Source: Camelus dromedarius (Eukaryota). Taken from it: a stretch of 64,000 nt of DNA. The stretch's first letter is position 1, and each line of letters opens with the position of its first letter. This document shows positions 60,325-64,000 of the stretch, one piece after another. Under the pieces are notes generated by a model, which saw only the letters and a program-made list of their open reading frames with translations, was not told the origin of the DNA and searched no databases. The stretch is taken from assembly GCF_036321535.1 (NCBI RefSeq), contig NC_087438.1:4714001-4778000 (forward strand), written 5' to 3'. The translations under genes and the position numbers were made by a program.

Positions 60325-60909
60325 AGATGTGTCATGGGATGCTAAACCCTGAGGGTCTTTGGTGTAGACGCCTGCCAGAGGTGACCTACAGGCCACACAC
60401 ACAGCCCTTGATGGGGGATAAGACACGCTCCCACTTTGATTTGCCTGGGGAAGATGTCAGCAGATGGAATGAGGTCTTCACAGTCTGGTCTTTTGTTGTA
60501 CAAGGATCTTGAGATGCTCAGATTCCAGCCTCTAAATTTTTCTAGATATAAAACCAGACAAGAATGCTGTTGACGACCCATGACAGTCCAACATGGTTTC
60601 TGACCAGGAAGGTGGACTTCAGATTTCAGATTATAAACCTCTTAATCTCCCCGTGATAAGTTACTCCCCTTGAATGGAGCCTGATAATCAGAAACGCTCC
60701 GGCCACTACCTGCCGTTCAGAACAGGCAGTACAAACAGGAAGCACATGCGTGAAGAAACAGGTCATCCAAGGATGGGCTCAGCCTTCAAATTATTTTGTT
60801 TAAAATATATCCTGTTACTGTTACCAGACAGGTCATCACGATTGTCTATTAAGTGCCCTTGAGGTGCTGGTTCTGAATCACCAGTAGGCAGTGAACATAG
60901 CGTTCACTG

Positions 60910-61400
60910 AGTTATTTATTTATCTCTTCATTCCACATGTATTTGTCAGTACTCTCTGTCTCAGGCACTGTTCTGGTTGCTGAAACATGGGAGGGGAATA
61001 AGGAAATCTAGTGGAACTTTGACTCTAGGCCGAGGAGAGGAGCAGGGCACAATCATAATTACAGGACTGAAAATAAATGGGTACTATGTTCGCCCTTTGT
61101 GGTCAAGGACATGAAGACAGTATCCAAGGAGAGATGAGAAGGAGCGACTGGAGCTGGCTGAGGGCGGCCTGAGTAGAGCAGACAGGGAAGGCCTCTGCAA
61201 GGTGAGATGAAAGGTGAGTTCCACAGGATGAGACAAAGAGTATGGAAAAAGGATTCCAAGCAGAGGGTACAACACATAACAAGGTTTTGTGATGGGAAAA
61301 GGCTGGACTTCTTTGACTAATAGAAAGGAGGCAGAGGGACATCCGAAGGGAAGAAGGTGACAGAGTCGGCTGGAGGACAGAGATGTAGGTCCCACAGGGT
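60910..61400 (-). mobile_element. L2 3' end
   Basis: ttcattccacatgtatttg..tctcaggcactgttctgg...agggaaggcctctgcaaggtgaga. Confidence 0.65.
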
Positions 61401-62509
61401 GGCAAGGAATTGGTTCGTGGCTTTTTTTCCCCTCACACTTCTATTGATGACTTTGAAAATGGCATCAGTCCCCATGGATTCTTGTCATTATCTTTATACT
61501 CACGAATATGACTTCCTAAGTCAATTTTGTAGAAACACTTAAAAGGCCATGGGGAAAAAATAACCTTGGTCATTTTCCTAATTAAATTTTATCAGTAATT
61601 AGTCTATAAGAGGACTTCACTTTTGCCTTATTTTGCAGAACTGTTACATCCATTTTCTCTCTCCTTTGAAAATTAAAAATTATTGATTTCAAATAAGTGG
61701 CAAAAGATTTTTAAAGTCACCCCAGAGAGTGCTCCAAATTTGAGACGTGTGGCAAGAACAATCCAATTTTTCTTAACTGAGATGGAGAAAAAGTAAAGTG
61801 CAGTTCAATATTAATTATCACCATGAAAAGGCAGAAGGCTTAAGAGGTGAACCTTGGTCTGAAGGCCAGGGTGCACAGGTGAAGGACACAGTGAGACATA
61901 AGACTCATCCATGATCACACTTAAGCTTCTAGGACATGGGAGAGGCTCCACTGGGAGACAAACCTGGGGAAAGGGCAGTAACTGACTTGGAGAGTTGAGT
62001 GTCCTTTATCTTTTCACACATTGTTGGCTCCCACTGCCAGAGCACTTAGAACTTTCAAGACGCAGGACACACAAGGCCATTAAGCTAAATCCGTTCTCCA
62101 TCACTGGCTTGGGTTCTGCTCTCAGCTGGAGAGCTCGTTTGGATTGTGTGTGATCCTCAGAGACCCCCCATCATATCCTTCCAAATTCAGGGTTAGAAGT
62201 TCGCTTGATTAATCAGATTTCCTGCTGCCCTCTCATCTAAGGCTCATCCCATGTTCCCTGTGGGAGGCACCTATTTCTTTGAAACAGAAAGGGCACCATT
62301 GACACCTGACTGCTCTGGAGTCTGGAAGGCAGAAAGCAATCCAGAAGGGACAGCCCTGGTTCCCACTGCTTGCCCTGGTGAGTGCCATCCCCTGTGTGGT
62401 TTTCGTACAAGCTGCTCCATTCCATTTCACCTTTGGTATATACAACTCAGGAGTGCAGGGAAGGACAGGAATGTGGCCACCAAAATTAATTTCATAGAAA
62501 GCAGCCGGG

Positions 62510-62670
62510 AACTCAATATTTATCGAGGCCTTACTATGTGTCAGAAAAGGCACAGAATACACTACATGGAAAATTTTACTTAATGATCAGAACTCTCTAT
62601 GATATAAAACTATTACTATGCAAATTTTACATATGAGGATGTGAAGCAACTTAAGATCTTACCTGGGGCT
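62510..62670 (-). mobile_element. MIR SINE
   Basis: atttatcgaggccttactatgtgtcag...attttacatatgagga. Confidence 0.55.
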
Positions 62671-62984
62671 TTCAACTCCATTGTTAACTATTGTGTTCTC
62701 CCTTTCTTGGGCTCAGTCAGGGAGGCATAAATCCTCAGCAGCAAAATCACAGAAGCTGAAAACTTTTGAAATACAGAGAGGACCAAAAGAGCCTTCTTAA
62801 TAGGAGAGTCATAAACCTCAGATCCTAGGGATAAATTAGGCATTATATAATTGAGACATTTGGCTTGGATTGACAAATACATGCATTTTAGAGTAGGTCG
62901 TGGTTCTCATAAACAAAGGGTTTTTGTTCAGAATCATGGACCAAGGAATCAGAGAAGCAGGGATTTGTAAATTAATTAATTGTA

Positions 62985-63312
62985 ACAACACTTAACATGA
63001 GATCTATCCTCTCAGCAAATTTTTGTGCACAACACAGTTGTTACCTATAGCTTATTCTTCTTAAATAACTGAAAATGTGTACCCACTGAACAGCAGTTCC
63101 CCACTTCCCTTCTCCCCCAGCTCTTGGAAACCCCATTCTACTCAGTGTTTCTATGAATTTGGCTTTTAAGATATTTCATATAAGTGGTATTTATTCTTTG
63201 ATTACTGGCTTATTTCACTTGTATAATATCCTCCGGCTTCATCTGTGTTGTCAGATGTGGCACAATTTCCTTCTTTTCTAAGGTTAACTATTATTCTACT
63301 GTATATATGTAT

Positions 63313-63344
<32 letters not shown>

Positions 63345-63975
63345 GCTTATACCACATTTTATTTGTCCATTAAACCTACTGTTGGACATTCAGGTTGTTT
63401 CCATATCTTAGCTACTGTCAATAACTCTTCAATGAACATGAGAGTGCAAATATCTCTTCCACAACCTGATTTCAGTTCTTTTGGAAATATACTCAGAAAG
63501 GAGATGGCTGTATCTATGGCAATTCTATATTTAATTTTTTGAGGATTCTCCATAACATTTTCCATAGTGGTTGCACCACTCCGCATCCCCACCAACAGTG
63601 TACAATGGTTCCAATTTTTCCATGTTCTTGCCAACACTTGTTATCATTTTTTAAAATAACATCCATCAGGTATGAGGTAGCGTCTTATTGTGATTTTGAT
63701 TTGTATTTCCCTTATGATGGGTAATGGTGAGCATCTTTTCATATGCTTGTTGGCTATTTGCATGTTGGAGAAATGTCTATTCAAGTCCTTTGCCTATTTA
63801 TAAAAAACTAGGTTATTTGTGTTTTTTTTCTATTAAGTTGTAGGAGTTCCTTACATATTTTGAAGATTAATCTTTCATCAAATATACGGTTTGCAAATAT
63901 TTTCTTCCATTCTTTAGGTTGCCTTTTCATTCCTTTGATTGTTTCCTTTTTTGTGCAGAAGCTTTTTTTTTTTTT
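62985..63975 (-). mobile_element. L1 (L1MA9/MB-like) 3' UTR plus ORF2 C-terminus, with internal (CA)n at ~63313-63338
   Basis: ORF 63359..63637(-) [34 protein letters not shown] is the L1 ORF2 C-terminus. Confidence 0.9.
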
Positions 63976-64000
63976 ATTCATTAGTCTGTTGTATGTTTTA

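Noticed and set aside
1..64000. Prokaryotic-type systems (CRISPR arrays, operons, defence islands)
   Set aside because: The sequence is mammalian, with no repeat-spacer array and no gene-dense coding structure.

Overview
Mammalian genomic DNA, most likely camelid: it has a tRNA-Ala-like SINE of the Vic-1 type and artiodactyl-type L1 3' UTRs. The window is rich in interspersed repeats (L1, L2, MIR, MaLR/ERVL/ERV1 LTRs, hAT MERs) and looks intergenic or deep-intronic. I recognise no host protein-coding exon. The only ORFs with recognisable homology are decayed L1 ORF2 and L2 RT fragments. I see no new gene system. The most interesting signals are structural: (1) an L1 whose near-complete 5' UTR is joined to the ORF2 tail exactly at a CAG acceptor (candidate spliced retro-integrant); (2) a 79-bp piece of that 5' UTR apparently copied into an LTR 8.6 kb away; (3) a ~95-bp dispersed local duplication; (4) two twin-primed 5'-inverted L1s; (5) local AT-to-GC drift in old repeats; (6) a few regulatory motif clusters and a possible minus-strand spliced non-coding transcript. 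Repeat family names come from my recall of consensus sequences, not from a database search. Boundaries without a target-site duplication (TSD) are approximate.
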